From: Patescibacteria group bacterium
GTDB taxonomy: Bacteria > Patescibacteriota > Minisyncoccia > Phycocordibacterales > UBA1550
Direction: 5' to 3'
Length of the DNA stretch: 64,000 nucleotides
Assembly (NCBI GenBank): GCA_038062675.1
Contig: JBBTWP010000001.1
Location: 186,059 to 250,058, forward strand
Shown: positions 39,453-48,877 of the stretch, one piece after another
Layout: every line of letters begins with the position of its first letter
Position numbering within the stretch: the stretch's first letter is position 1
Position numbers and translations under genes: made by a program
The notes under the pieces: generated by a model
Told to the model about the DNA's origin: nothing
What the model saw: the letters and a program-made list of their open reading frames with translations, nothing else
Databases searched by the model: none

Positions 39453-39832
39453 ACGCCGACCTGTTGAGATGGACCAATTATCTCATTACGCGAAACAACT
39501 ACGACCGCATCTGGAGAAATCTCGATGTGGATTCGGATGAGTTTCTTACGTATCTGACTGACCATCTTCTGTATGTAGACGATGAGCTCACAAAGATGTC
39601 ACAAGAAACTCTGGAAGAAATCATTAATGCCTTTGAAGAAAACCCCACACTGGCGGACAAAAAAGAATTATTCACCAGTGCTAACGTTTCAAGGACTTAC
39701 GGAAACATGCTTCGCGGAACGGTCGTCTTGTGTCTCGCGTCGGTAATCCGAGATCGTCTTGATCCGATTATTGCACACGAAAAAAATATTCCACCTTATC
39801 TCACAATAGAAGCGGAGCGGGCTCAAAAATAG
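39449..39832 (+). CDS. hypothetical protein
   Basis: ATGA overlap with the previous ORF; terminator at 39847-39878. Confidence 0.65.
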   Translation: MNADLLRWTNYLITRNNYDRIWRNLDVDSDEFLTYLTDHLLYVDDELTKMSQETLEEIINAFEENPTLADKKELFTSANVSRTYGNMLRGTVVLCLASVIRDRLDPIIAHEKNIPPYLTIEAERAQK

Positions 39833-39959
39833 TAGCCTCTTTCACCCCCTCATACTGGCAACAGTATGAGGGTTTTTTGTATTTTTTATGCGATACTTGC
39901 ACACTGAAATTATCTAAAATATTTGCAAAAATAATTGTTTCGTGTACTACTATAGGGTA

Positions 39960-42167
39960 ATGGCTCTTAAATCATACAAGCTCCTTATTGTCGAGTCGCC
40001 CTCAAAAGCGAAGACGATTGGGAAATATTTGGGCGATGAATACGTCGTAAAAGCAAGCGTAGGACACATTCGTGACCTTCCCAAAAGCAACAAGAAAGCG
40101 ATTGACATCCCTGCTGGTTTTGTCCCCCACTACGAAATCTCGAAAGGCAAAGATTCCGTCGTGCATGAAATAGACACCCTCGCAAAAAAAGCAAGTGAAG
40201 TCCTCCTGGCGACCGACCCCGACCGTGAAGGCGAGGCTATTGCATGGCACATCAAAGAGGCGTGTGGACTCAAAAAACCAAAACGCATTGTCTTTCATGA
40301 AATCACCAAGAAGGCAATTGAAGAGGCGCTCAAACATCCGCGCACGATTGACGAGAACTTGCGCATTGCGCAGGAGGCACGTCGCGTGCTCGACCGCTTG
40401 GTGGGTTACGACCTCTCGGGTCTCATTTGGAAAAAAGTGCGCTACGGACTTTCTGCGGGGCGCGTACAGTCCCCTGCGCTCCGCATCATTATGGAACGCG
40501 AACGTGAAATTCGCGCATTTATTCCCGAAGCATATTGGGTGCTGAACGCCCGCGTAAAAACACAGGGCAATGCCGAACTTGAACTTTCGTGCACCAAAGA
40601 ACCGCGCGAAGAATCGGTGGTGAAAAACATTTTGAAAGTCGGTCGCGAGAATCAATGGTTTGTCCGCGAAGTAAAAGAAAGCGAAGTTGGACGTTCACCC
40701 AAGGCGCCATTCATCACCTCCACCTTGCAACAAACCGCAAGCTCACGCTTTGGTTTTGCCCCCTCGCGCACCATGATGGTTGCACAAAAGTTGTACGAAA
40801 AAGGTTTCATTACCTATATGCGTACCGACAGCACAACCCTTTCCAAAGACGCGCAGACGGCGGTTTTGGCGGAGATTGCCAAACGCTACGGCGTAGCATC
40901 CGCAGAAGAGCGCGTCTTTAAAACCAAAAGCAAAAATGCTCAGGAGGCACATGAAGCAATCCGTCCGACGGATGTCTCAAAAGACCATCTTGGCATTACT
41001 CCCGAGGAGCGAAAACTCTACCAGCTCATTTGGGCACGCACCATCGCCTCACAAATGACCGACGCTAAACTCGCGCGAACCACCGTTCTTGCCAATGTTC
41101 GCGCCGGCGAAATGCCAGATTTCTCTGTAACTGGCTCGCGTGTCATCCTTCCCGGCTGGCTTGCCGCCGACCCCGACGCGCGCGGTGAAGACGTACAGCT
41201 TCCAAAAGTTTCCGAGGGCGAGCCTTTAATATTACTCTCTCTTTCTGACGAGGCAAAGTTCACCGAACCTCCAAGTCGCTACTCTGAGGCAGGACTTGTG
41301 AAGGAGCTCGAAAAGCGTGGCATCGGTCGCCCTTCAACATACGCGTCTATCATCAAGACTATTATTGATCGTGGATATGTCCTCAAAGACGGAAAAACAC
41401 TCAAACCTACTGACACTGGCGATGTAGTAAGCTCCTTCCTTGAAAATCATTTTGCAAACTACATCAGCGATTCGTTTACAGCAGAAATGGAAGATAAGCT
41501 TGACGATATTGCAAACGGTGAACGAGAATATGTGAAGACGCTCAAAGAATTTTACGGCCCATTCACCAAGGAGGTAAAATCCAAAGATAAAATCGATAAA
41601 CTCACCACCCTTGGAGAAGCTGACCCGAAACACAAGTGTCCAAAGTGTAATGGTCCGATGATTATTAAACTCGCCCGCACAGGGAAATTTCTTTCGTGCA
41701 AAAACTATCCCGAATGTACCGGTGCACGCATGATCGATGGCACCGAGCTTGCAGGACCAAAAGACACGGGTGAGCTTTGCCCAAAATGTGAAAAAGTAAA
41801 TCTTGTAGAACGCGACGGGCGCTTTGGTAGATTCATTGCCTGCAGTAGTTATCCGAAATGTAAATTCATCAAGAAAGATGAGGCAGCGGCACTTCTCAAC
41901 CACACGGGCGTCCCCTGCCCTGTCTGCAAAAAAGGTTTTATGACTGAGCGCAAAGGTCGCTTTGGTATTTTCTATAGTTGTACCGGCTACCCCGACTGCA
42001 AACATGCCATCAAAGCAAAGCCAACCGGCAATTTCTGTACGTACCCAAAACCCGACGGCACAGCCTGTGGCGCCCTCATGATGCTCGGCACAAAAACAAT
42101 TCCCGAACGTTGCAGCGACAAAACGTGTCCCATGCACAACCCACACAAGCTCGACAAAGCACAATAA
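39960..42167 (+). CDS. topA: type IA DNA topoisomerase I with C-terminal zinc ribbons
   Basis: IVESPSKAKTI, ATDPDREGE, SAGRVQS, ITYMRTDS and AHEAIRPT; CxxC ribbons. Confidence 0.97.
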   Translation: MALKSYKLLIVESPSKAKTIGKYLGDEYVVKASVGHIRDLPKSNKKAIDIPAGFVPHYEISKGKDSVVHEIDTLAKKASEVLLATDPDREGEAIAWHIKEACGLKKPKRIVFHEITKKAIEEALKHPRTIDENLRIAQEARRVLDRLVGYDLSGLIWKKVRYGLSAGRVQSPALRIIMEREREIRAFIPEAYWVLNARVKTQGNAELELSCTKEPREESVVKNILKVGRENQWFVREVKESEVGRSPKAPFITSTLQQTASSRFGFAPSRTMMVAQKLYEKGFITYMRTDSTTLSKDAQTAVLAEIAKRYGVASAEERVFKTKSKNAQEAHEAIRPTDVSKDHLGITPEERKLYQLIWARTIASQMTDAKLARTTVLANVRAGEMPDFSVTGSRVILPGWLAADPDARGEDVQLPKVSEGEPLILLSLSDEAKFTEPPSRYSEAGLVKELEKRGIGRPSTYASIIKTIIDRGYVLKDGKTLKPTDTGDVVSSFLENHFANYISDSFTAEMEDKLDDIANGEREYVKTLKEFYGPFTKEVKSKDKIDKLTTLGEADPKHKCPKCNGPMIIKLARTGKFLSCKNYPECTGARMIDGTELAGPKDTGELCPKCEKVNLVERDGRFGRFIACSSYPKCKFIKKDEAAALLNHTGVPCPVCKKGFMTERKGRFGIFYSCTGYPDCKHAIKAKPTGNFCTYPKPDGTACGALMMLGTKTIPERCSDKTCPMHNPHKLDKAQ

Positions 42168-42261
42168 CAGCTACACCTTGTAAATTTTTAAACTATGTGG
42201 TAAAAGTATCAACAGAAGGATCATTTCGCAAGTACTACTATCTACGTCACGAGGAGGAGTT

Positions 42262-42615
42262 ATGGACCAATTATTCCCCACGATACCTATCGACAAATTC
42301 GATGAAGAAATTTTCGAAGCAATACTCCAAATATACAACGAGGTAGCAAAAACTGAACACTCCCCCGTCCAAAACAATCGCGAGAATGTTGTACTAATTG
42401 TCGACTTGCTCAAAAACATGTCTCACGTTGAGTTCGTTCTTGGTTCCAGTTTGCACAATCGCTCAAAACTGTTCCTGTGGCCAATATACAAACAAAACGG
42501 ACTGTGTGTAGGATTTGACATTGAACCTAACACATCCAACGACTTTGAACCGCACCCGCAATTTATGATGATTGAATTTCGAGACAAGGTGAGCGCATAC
42601 ATCGAAACTCTTTGA
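42262..42615 (+). CDS. hypothetical protein
   Basis: GAGGAGG SD and long hairpin at 42633-42665. Confidence 0.65.
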   Translation: MDQLFPTIPIDKFDEEIFEAILQIYNEVAKTEHSPVQNNRENVVLIVDLLKNMSHVEFVLGSSLHNRSKLFLWPIYKQNGLCVGFDIEPNTSNDFEPHPQFMMIEFRDKVSAYIETL

Positions 42616-42702
42616 ATTAAGTAGGAAGAACCACATCTCGTCTGCGCATTGCGTAGACGAGATGTTTGCTTTTCATCCAAAACTCATCTAGTATGAGATT
42701 AT

Positions 42703-44211
42703 ATGGGAGAAAAACGCAGCAAAAGTCTTGTGCACCCAAGTGCACACGATATTATAGCCCTCATGAAAGCACCGACGGCAAAAGACCGAGCGGTCATAGA
42801 AAAAGCGTATGCATTTGCAGAAAAAGCGCATGAGGGGCAAACTCGTTACTCAGGCGAACCCTACTTCAACCACGTTGCTTTTGTAGCGCAAAATTTGGCA
42901 ACTATCAAAATGGACACTATCACAGTGGCGGCAGGACTCCTCCATGACACCATCGAGGATGCCAATGTGCCTGAAAAAACTATTGAGCAAGAATTTGGAA
43001 AAGAAGTATTATTCCTCGTTCTCGGTGTCACCAAACTTGGCAAACTAAAATATCGTGGCGTTGAGCGTCACGTCGAAAGTTTGCGGAAATTTTTCGTTGC
43101 TATGTCCGCGGACATTCGCGTCCTCCTAATCAAGCTCGCTGATCGGCTCCACAACATACAAACTCTCGAACATGTTCCGGAGGAAAAGAGGAAACGTATC
43201 GCGATTGAGACCCTTGAGGTTCACGCACGTCTTGCCGACCGCCTCGGCATGGGTAAGTGGAAAAGTCTCTTTGAGGACGCGGCGTTTAGGTACGCGTATC
43301 CAAAAGAATACATGGAAACTGCCGCCATCATCAAAACAAAACGAGTTACCGATGAAAAATATGCCGAAAAGATTTACCGGTCCATTCAAAAAGAACTCGT
43401 CGCAAATGGCATTAAAACAGCACGTGTTGAATATCGCGTCAAAAATCTCTACAGTCTTTGGAAAAAACTGGCACGAAAAGAAAAAGACCCAAGCAAAGTG
43501 TACGATATCCTCGCGCTCCGTGTTATTGTGGATTCTCTTGAAGATTGCTACCGAGCGCTCGGAATCATCCATAAACACTGGCGACCAGTTCCGGGACGCA
43601 TCAAAGATTACATTGCTGTTGGAAAGCCCAATGGCTATCGCTCGCTCCATACCACAATCTTCCGCGGGGATGGAGGGATTGTTGAGATTCAAATTCGTAC
43701 GCGTGAAATGCACGAAGAAGCGCAGTACGGAATCGCTTCACATTTAGGGTACAAAGAAGGGAGCTCAGGAAACAATACCTTGCAGAAAAATGTTGCTTGG
43801 GTTAAAGAACTTGTAGATTTACAAAAAAATGTTACTAAATCGGAAGAATTTCTCGAGCACCTCAAAATGGACTTCTTTAAAAATCGCGTATTTGTAATGA
43901 CTCCAAAAGGCGACATAATAGACCTGCCCGAAGACTCAACGGCAATCGATTTTGCCTATGCCATTCATTCAAACATCGGCGACCATGTCGCGGGGGTAAA
44001 AATCAATCATAAACTCGTCTCTCTTGATACAAAACTAAAAAATGGCAACATCGTAGAGATTGAGACAAAAGAATCGGCGACGCCGAAAAGAAAGTGGCTT
44101 GATTATACAAAAACCACACTTGCAAAGAGGCACATCCGCGCACGACTTGAAGAGGCAAATTCTTCCAACCCGATTGAGATGCTTGCAAGAAAATTCTTTA
44201 GGAAAAAATAA
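42703..44211 (+). CDS. RelA/SpoT homolog (HD hydrolase + synthetase + TGS)
   Basis: R.SGEPY..H, LLHD..ED, IKLADRLHN, KPNGYRSLHT, EIQIRT and TGS DFAY.IH. Confidence 0.95.
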   Translation: MGEKRSKSLVHPSAHDIIALMKAPTAKDRAVIEKAYAFAEKAHEGQTRYSGEPYFNHVAFVAQNLATIKMDTITVAAGLLHDTIEDANVPEKTIEQEFGKEVLFLVLGVTKLGKLKYRGVERHVESLRKFFVAMSADIRVLLIKLADRLHNIQTLEHVPEEKRKRIAIETLEVHARLADRLGMGKWKSLFEDAAFRYAYPKEYMETAAIIKTKRVTDEKYAEKIYRSIQKELVANGIKTARVEYRVKNLYSLWKKLARKEKDPSKVYDILALRVIVDSLEDCYRALGIIHKHWRPVPGRIKDYIAVGKPNGYRSLHTTIFRGDGGIVEIQIRTREMHEEAQYGIASHLGYKEGSSGNNTLQKNVAWVKELVDLQKNVTKSEEFLEHLKMDFFKNRVFVMTPKGDIIDLPEDSTAIDFAYAIHSNIGDHVAGVKINHKLVSLDTKLKNGNIVEIETKESATPKRKWLDYTKTTLAKRHIRARLEEANSSNPIEMLARKFFRKK

Positions 44212-44267
44212 CTCGCTCGTTTCAAGGTCAAGCCCCCCTTACTAACTACGCAACGCAAAATACATCA

Positions 44268-45275
44268 TTAAATAGCAAAATTTTTGATATTGTAAATATC
44301 GTCATCCTTGTCCATCTCGTTGTTGATGTCTGCTTCGGCAAGATCGCCTGGCTCAGCTGGTTTCGCGGCTTCCTCTGCTGATTCCCCAAGCGGTACTGAA
44401 AGGGTCTCTCCTCCCAGTTTAACCCCCTGCATTTCAGCGCGAAAACGCTGTGCAAAGTTGCGCACATCATCGCGTGAGAAAAAGTCGATAACAATCTTTC
44501 CGCCGACTTCGCGTTTTTCAATCTGAACACGCGTACCAAGCTTCTCGGTAAGCTCATGCTCAAGCTCGATAATTTCAGGATCCAAATTAGGGTCCTTCTT
44601 TCGTGTCTTATCAACTGCAATCCTTCGGGCAATGCGCTCCGCCTCGCGTACGTTAAGCTTCTTGAAAATAATTTCTTTGTAGAGCGTCAGCTGTTCCTCG
44701 GTGCGCCCAGAAAGCATGAGAAGGGGGCGTGTATGCCCTTCGTTGATACGGCGCGCAGCGAGCGCAAGCAACATCTCTTCCGGCAATGCTAGAATGCGGA
44801 GCGTATTGGAAACATATTCGCGACTTTTGCCCACCTTGTGCGCAATTTGTGCGTGCTTGAAACCAAACTCGTCGGCAAGACGCTGGAATGCTTTTGCGCG
44901 ATCAACAGGATTCAAATCTTCACGCTGCAAATTTTCAATGATTGCAAGCTCAAGCTTGATGCGGTCCTCTTCTTCTTTCCCCTCCGACCCAATGCGAATA
45001 AGAACCGGAACCTGCGTAAGCATGGCGAGTTTTGACGCACGCAAACGGCGCTCCCCCGCGATGAGTTCGTATTCCACAGCAAGTCCCCCTTCAGGTTTTT
45101 CAATCTCACGGCGTGTCACCACCAAAGGTTGCAAGATACCGTACTGCTTTATAGAGTCCGCCAGATCTCGAAGTTTTGAATCATCAAACTCCTTGCGTGG
45201 TTGAAACGGATTTGGTTTTATTTTTTCAACTTCGATCCAGAAGATCGCATTTTGGTACATGTTGTGCGTGGTCAT
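44268..45275 (-). CDS. parB: ParB/Spo0J partition protein
   Basis: PNPFQPR, GILQP, IAGERRLRA, IENLQREDLNP and HTH. Confidence 0.95.
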   Translation of the reverse strand: MTTHNMYQNAIFWIEVEKIKPNPFQPRKEFDDSKLRDLADSIKQYGILQPLVVTRREIEKPEGGLAVEYELIAGERRLRASKLAMLTQVPVLIRIGSEGKEEEDRIKLELAIIENLQREDLNPVDRAKAFQRLADEFGFKHAQIAHKVGKSREYVSNTLRILALPEEMLLALAARRINEGHTRPLLMLSGRTEEQLTLYKEIIFKKLNVREAERIARRIAVDKTRKKDPNLDPEIIELEHELTEKLGTRVQIEKREVGGKIVIDFFSRDDVRNFAQRFRAEMQGVKLGGETLSVPLGESAEEAAKPAEPGDLAEADINNEMDKDDDIYNIKNFAI

Positions 45276-45395
45276 GAAAGGTATTGTTTCCTCTCATTAT
45301 ACATGCAATTCGTCTCAGTGCAAAAAATAAAAATATTGACATTTTTTGCTTCACTGCTACACTTATTATCATGTCCTCAAGAAAAGGGTCTCATC

Positions 45396-45650
45396 ATGGC
45401 AAATTTCGAAAATGTTCCACGAATAAAGCTGAGTGCTCACGACAAAGCTATAAGGGAAATACACGGAGTCTTGAATGATGGAGTCCTACCAGAACCGAAA
45501 AGTATCGAAGAGATTAACAATCTCTTCCCAGAACGAAGGCAGGTACCGCGAGAAAAAGTTGGTGAGATTATTCCTGATTCGGCAACAACGAATACAGCAA
45601 AACAACCACCAAAATGGACATACGCTGACCATTCATCAAAGGACAGCTAG
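45396..45650 (+). CDS. hypothetical small protein
   Basis: TTGACA-16-TACACT promoter-like motif upstream and terminator at 45670-45698. Confidence 0.55.
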   Translation: MANFENVPRIKLSAHDKAIREIHGVLNDGVLPEPKSIEEINNLFPERRQVPREKVGEIIPDSATTNTAKQPPKWTYADHSSKDS

Positions 45651-45988
45651 AAAATACCCCTGCCAGCTCAGAGCGCCTCACTTGGCGTTCTTTTTTTTAT
45701 ATAAAAGTCCCGCAAGGTACAATCTCGCGGGAAGGGAGGGGTCATTCTATTTTTTCGGAGTCCACGGGGGTGGCTCTGGGACACTTGAAGCTGTGGTACT
45801 CTTTTTGTTCTCGATCCCAAGTTCTTCAGGGTATTCCTGAGGCACCCAACATGCACGAATTCCATGTCCTAGTGCCCTCAATAAACGCATGAATAGGTTT
45901 TCCATAAAAACCTATTCAAATGAAATGTGCCTGCCTCTTTTCACCATACCACAGAGTTCTCCATCTCCGCAACCTTTTCGAAATCAGT

Positions 45989-46681
45989 CTACTTCTTATT
46001 GAGCTCGTATACCACGTCTTTGCGCTCGACAAACACTTCCCATCCGTTTCGTTTTGCATGCTTCCACAACTTCATATTTGGATTGAAGCAAATGGGGCGC
46101 TCAACAAGCTCAAGAAACGCAACGTCACCCTCTGTGTCCCCCACCCCGACCGACCCCTCGAGCGTCAGCCCTTCTTTTTCGACCGCACGACGCACTACGG
46201 CAGCTTTGTTGGCAATGATATGCTCATCTTCAATACGACCCGTAAAACAGTCTGTCGGACCCAATTCATAAAATCTCCCATACACTTTGTCGAAACCGAG
46301 CTCCTGACAAAACAAGTCAAGAATGCCCTTCGGTGACTGCGAGACCGCAAGAAGGTAGTAATCTTTTTTCTTTAGCTCTTGGATAAGATCCTCAGTAAAG
46401 CGATACGTGCGATTGCGATAACGATCCACCACAATCTTTGCGGCAGTTGTAAATTCGCCAAAGTGCACGCCTTTGATATGCTTCAGGAACACTTTTACCA
46501 CTGCCATAATATACTCCTCGTAATCCCCTTTACGATCGAGCCACTGTACTTTCTCCTCATGATATTCGACCCGCACCGAAAGAGGAAACGTCCCCCGCTC
46601 GATGAGAACCTCAACGAGTTCGATCAACAAACTCGACCGAAAGATGGTCCCGTCAATATCAAAAATAGCTACTTTGCGCAT
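45989..46681 (-). CDS. HAD-IB family phosphatase (SerB-like)
   Basis: FDIDGT, VS.S, K, GDTEGD and FNP motifs. Confidence 0.9.
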   Translation of the reverse strand: MRKVAIFDIDGTIFRSSLLIELVEVLIERGTFPLSVRVEYHEEKVQWLDRKGDYEEYIMAVVKVFLKHIKGVHFGEFTTAAKIVVDRYRNRTYRFTEDLIQELKKKDYYLLAVSQSPKGILDLFCQELGFDKVYGRFYELGPTDCFTGRIEDEHIIANKAAVVRRAVEKEGLTLEGSVGVGDTEGDVAFLELVERPICFNPNMKLWKHAKRNGWEVFVERKDVVYELNKK

Positions 46682-46733
46682 AGGGCTATTATACCATGCG
46701 CTCCAAAACTGCCGTACATGAGAAATTTTGAAA

Positions 46734-47147
46734 TTATTGCATTCCGGCACCGCGATGTATTTCAATATCCGAAACCGATGAAGTGGTTACGGGTACAAGT
46801 TCTCCATTTCCACCCATCATAAACGTGAATTTCGCACCTTTTTTTGCTACAAATATTCCTTCGCTATACAACGAACGCGGAACACCCCATGTTTCTTCAT
46901 TGTTTGTCTTTCTGTACACCACCACCTTCCCCGGCTCATCTTTCAAACTTTCAAATAAATAACGACTGCCGCTCTCCGTCTTTACAAAAACCTTGTCGCC
47001 TCCCTGAAGAGTCTTGAAGTCGAGCTCGTTTGGGTGTTCCATTCCCTCCAAGACGGGCGTTTCTGCCTCCACAGGTGAAGCCTCGGGTGACGCAGGGGGA
47101 TTTTGCGGAGATTGCGGAGCACGTTCAAAATTAAAGCCAAAAACCAT
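46734..47147 (-). CDS. hypothetical protein
   Basis: ORF with KTESGSRY beta-rich domain; start uncertain. Confidence 0.6.
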   Translation of the reverse strand: MVFGFNFERAPQSPQNPPASPEASPVEAETPVLEGMEHPNELDFKTLQGGDKVFVKTESGSRYLFESLKDEPGKVVVYRKTNNEETWGVPRSLYSEGIFVAKKGAKFTFMMGGNGELVPVTTSSVSDIEIHRGAGMQ

Positions 47148-47302
47148 AAATAATATAAAGCTAACAACGTTAATAATCTTACTTGCTATTTTACACCAAA
47201 AACGCTGTTGCAACAATCAACTGTGTAGACCCAACCCACTTTCATAGCTCGCACCAGAATTTGACCAAAATAGATAGTCAAAGTCTAAGCAGATTACACT
47301 CT

Positions 47303-47475
47303 GTGACCCTACCGGGAATCTCCCGCGACTCTCAGTTCGTCGTCACTCACCTCGGTCTGGGCACCGCCTCGCGGCCTCGCAAGGTTGCGCGACAACGCTC
47401 CGGCGTTCGATTCCCGGATGTTCAGTAAAACAGTAAGCCCCGAATGCTCCACGCATCCGAGGCTAACTGTTTTAT
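47303..47475 (-). other. tRNA 3'-end fragment (att-like scar) with adjacent hairpins; probable left edge of the island
   Basis: minus strand GATTCCCGGTAGGGTCAC resembles a T-arm plus acceptor 3' strand; CCGGGAATC/GATTCCCGG inverted repeat; long hairpin at 47425-47475. Confidence 0.5.
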
Positions 47476-47549
47476 GTGAGCCAAGCTTAACGACGTTCGA
47501 ACACTCATCGAATCCCGCGACCCAGAAACAATGACGGCGATCCAGAATA

Positions 47550-47756
47550 TTAAGATGCTTCTGGCTCGCAATCATGTAACGTTACTTCCATCAATTCATC
47601 GGCATGAACATCAGGGGGAAGAGGGCGTAGGAACAACCGATACATGTTAACTAAACGGCGTGCCATGAGCACAGCATCTTCACGGGAGATTCGCTCGTCG
47701 AAATTGCGCTCGTAGATTTCTATAAACTCGTTGATTGCTTCTTCGGTGAATTGCAT
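47550..47756 (-). CDS. small hypothetical protein
   Basis: MQFTEEAINEFIEIY...ISREDA...ARRLV helical pattern at the island edge. Confidence 0.6.
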   Translation of the reverse strand: MQFTEEAINEFIEIYERNFDERISREDAVLMARRLVNMYRLFLRPLPPDVHADELMEVTLHDCEPEAS

Positions 47757-47911
47757 CAAGTAAGTGTATTGATTGTGGGATAAGTACTAAAGGGGGTGAA
47801 GTGTGCCTACACGACATAATTCCTCAATTGAAAGTATATTTTCGGATCGTTGAAGACATCAGTCAAGGTATAAAATATTACATCACAGTATGTACACTGC
47901 TACGTTCCGCG

Positions 47912-48877
47912 CTAGTCAAACGATATTCCGAACGCATTGGCAATGCGTTCTAGTTCGCGTTCGGGATAATGCGCACTCCACACTTTCCGAATCACAGCGG
48001 TGTCCGCACACAGTCGATCATAAATCATCAGTGCTTCAGGTTGATAAAGATAAGCACTTCGGTTGGGCGTGCCCTCGGCCTCCTCGTAAACTTCGCGAAT
48101 CACGTCTTCGTGTTCAGCGTAAAAATGATCAAGATGGGACACGATCTGTCGCGACTCTTTTTCATACAGCGGCATAAGTAAATGGATCAACGCAAGTGAT
48201 ATTTCTGGATCACCGCGTCGCGTCGTGAGTTTGTAGTAATGCCGCTCTAGCGACTTCAGCAAATCAAGTTCTGGGGTTGTAGGCGTTTCCATATTTAGCC
48301 TAGTAAATTCACTATCGGCTACCTCGACTACTCCTGCAAGAAGGAAAATTCGACGCTTTATCGAATTCGGCAACGGATTAAGGGTATCGTCATTCTTGTA
48401 GTAGGTGTCATGTGACATCTCAGACCACAAATGTTGGGCAAGGGTTCGCACTTGAAGTTCAGCTTGAAACTTTTGCGGCGGATAAGTGGCCACCAGCGGG
48501 TCGTCCGCACACAGTTTCACATCGACATGTACACTCAGATATCCGACTTGATCCAGTTTCAGCGTATCAGCCTTCTGCTCTGGCTGCCCGCACTTAAACG
48601 ACTTTTCGGCTAACGCCAAAACCGCGTCGACTTCATTCTTGTACCGAAGAATCACACGAATGCCGGACTTATCGCTCACCGATTCATAATTATGACTCGG
48701 CTTCTTGATCAACTTGCGAATGAAACCATCCATTTCCTTCGCACGGCTGGTTACATCAGCCCAGATGCCCGCTTGACGCAATTCAGTACGTAGCCGCTTT
48801 TCAAGTTCTTTGCCGAATTGCTCATACTTGGGCCTCTCTTGAAGCCAGCGCTTCCGGGCGGTTTCCAAATCGGTCAT
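47912..48877 (-). CDS. small alarmone synthetase (RelA/SpoT synthetase domain, no HD) with C-terminal extension
   Basis: SRAK, D..GIRV, GYLSVH and ELQVRT..QH.W.E..H...YK. Confidence 0.9.
   Translation of the reverse strand: MTDLETARKRWLQERPKYEQFGKELEKRLRTELRQAGIWADVTSRAKEMDGFIRKLIKKPSHNYESVSDKSGIRVILRYKNEVDAVLALAEKSFKCGQPEQKADTLKLDQVGYLSVHVDVKLCADDPLVATYPPQKFQAELQVRTLAQHLWSEMSHDTYYKNDDTLNPLPNSIKRRIFLLAGVVEVADSEFTRLNMETPTTPELDLLKSLERHYYKLTTRRGDPEISLALIHLLMPLYEKESRQIVSHLDHFYAEHEDVIREVYEEAEGTPNRSAYLYQPEALMIYDRLCADTAVIRKVWSAHYPERELERIANAFGISFD

Noticed and set aside
41334-42164. 276-aa antisense ORF in topA (likewise 25219..25905 opposite the Pro/Thr-rich gene)
   Set aside because: Shadow ORFs of well-supported genes.
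44268-45400. parS site or parA next to parB
   Set aside because: No TGTTTCACGTGAAACA-like palindrome or Walker-type ParA was seen nearby.
45668-45865. 65-aa minus-strand ORF
   Set aside because: No motif, and it overlaps a terminator hairpin; insufficient support.
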